Assembly: GCA_951406725.2 (NCBI GenBank)
Contig: OX597834.1
Location: 39,556,001-39,620,000 of the forward strand
Source: Octopus vulgaris
Lineage: Eukaryota
DNA length: 64,000 nt
Direction: 5' to 3'
Positions within the stretch are counted from its first letter, which is position 1, and each line of letters begins with the position of its first letter. A model generated the notes under the pieces. It was not told where the DNA came from. It saw only the letters and a list, made by a program, of their open reading frames with translations, and did not search any database. A program made the position numbers and the translations under genes. This document shows, piece by piece, positions 62,846 to 64,000 of the stretch.

Positions 62846-63545
62846 AAGTATATATATATATATAAAACACTGTCCAATGAACAGGAAGATGAAACTCAGA
62901 GTAGCAGTTTTTTGCGATATCTCTGTGATGTTTTTGCAGCTTTAATAATGAAGCCTATTACTCTACCTCCAGTATTCAAGTACTATTTTTACCCCCACCT
63001 TGTTTCACATTTATGTGCTTACTCCCAAGCATCAAACTAATACACCTGCTTCTCGTTCATACACCTGTCTTCATCTTTTGTTTTTCTGTAAATTTCAACA
63101 ATATATTATACGCTCACGAGGTTACTCCAGTTTTATCTAGTTTTAACTGCTTACTCTTTGGACTTACATATCTAAACTACTGCCTGAACTTTCTGCGCTT
63201 CTCCTCATCTACATACCAGCAATCTACCCAGATTACCATTGGATATACTTTTATGGATTTCACTGGACTCGTCTGTTGATGAAAAATCACTCCAATATAC
63301 CACGATGTCTGAACTTTTTTGAACTTTCTATTTTTTCATACTCCGTACATTGTTACTTTGCATTTCTTTCTCCAGTCACAATGCTTGACCGCTAAATCCA
63401 CAGGTTTTTTATTCTCTCTCTGTTTATTTTCTCTTATTCCTTTCTGTTGAAGAGCGTAGGGTCGAAATGTAAAAGACTTTCTCACTTTCCCTACTAATAC
63501 ACTAATACACCTGTCTTCGTATTTTGTTTTTCTGTAAATTTCAGG

Positions 63546-63596
<51 letters not shown>

Positions 63597-63760
63597 AAAT
63601 ATATATACGATCAACCACATCTACTTAACATACACACTCTGTGCATTTGCCGGTAGGCTGTGGTTTGGCACAGTGGAGAATATTCTCTCAAAGCACCAGG
63701 TGTTAAAACACCTGAAAGTCATGGACAGGTGAGATAATTCACCATTAATTTAATTCAGGA

Positions 63761-63807
63761 ATGATGGACAACGATGTTTCGCCATTTCCGTGGCTTATCA
63801 ACACCAT
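63761..63807 (-). ncRNA. Degenerate hammerhead ribozyme motif
   Basis: Minus strand atggtg-TTGATAA-gcca(cggaaa)tggc-GAAA-ca(tcgt)tg-TC-catcat: three helices intact, two core substitutions. Confidence 0.55.
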
Positions 63808-63849
63808 GTAGCTGAACAGGATCGGAAATTAATCCTATCACCAATTCAT

Positions 63850-63966
<117 letters not shown>

Positions 63967-64000
63967 GTTCTTTCAGATGGTGTGTTTTATGGTAAATTTC

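Overview
AT-rich, microsatellite- and SINE-dense metazoan genomic DNA. The repeat landscape resembles an octopus/cephalopod genome (inference). One protein-coding gene is supported. It lies on the minus strand and is represented by the last two coding exons (55187-54985 and 13675-13426) of a SynGAP/DAB2IP/RASAL2-family RasGAP, which splice in phase across a 41.3-kb intron. That intron contains an ~11.5-kb alternating purine-pyrimidine satellite (the source of all the giant artefactual ORFs), a tandemly amplified 3' splice-site tract, and candidate frameshifting micro- or alternative terminal exons. The rest is tRNA-derived SINEs, TTAA- and TA-flanked MITEs, a HINE-like element, a hAT remnant and minisatellites. 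The most notable unannotated signal is about 14 minimal hammerhead-ribozyme-like motifs at a dozen loci. Most lie in short (TA)n-embedded elements or long fold-back palindromes, consistent with Penelope-like retroelement remnants. One copy (62585-62619) keeps a complete core. All calls were made by eye, and repeat boundaries are approximate.
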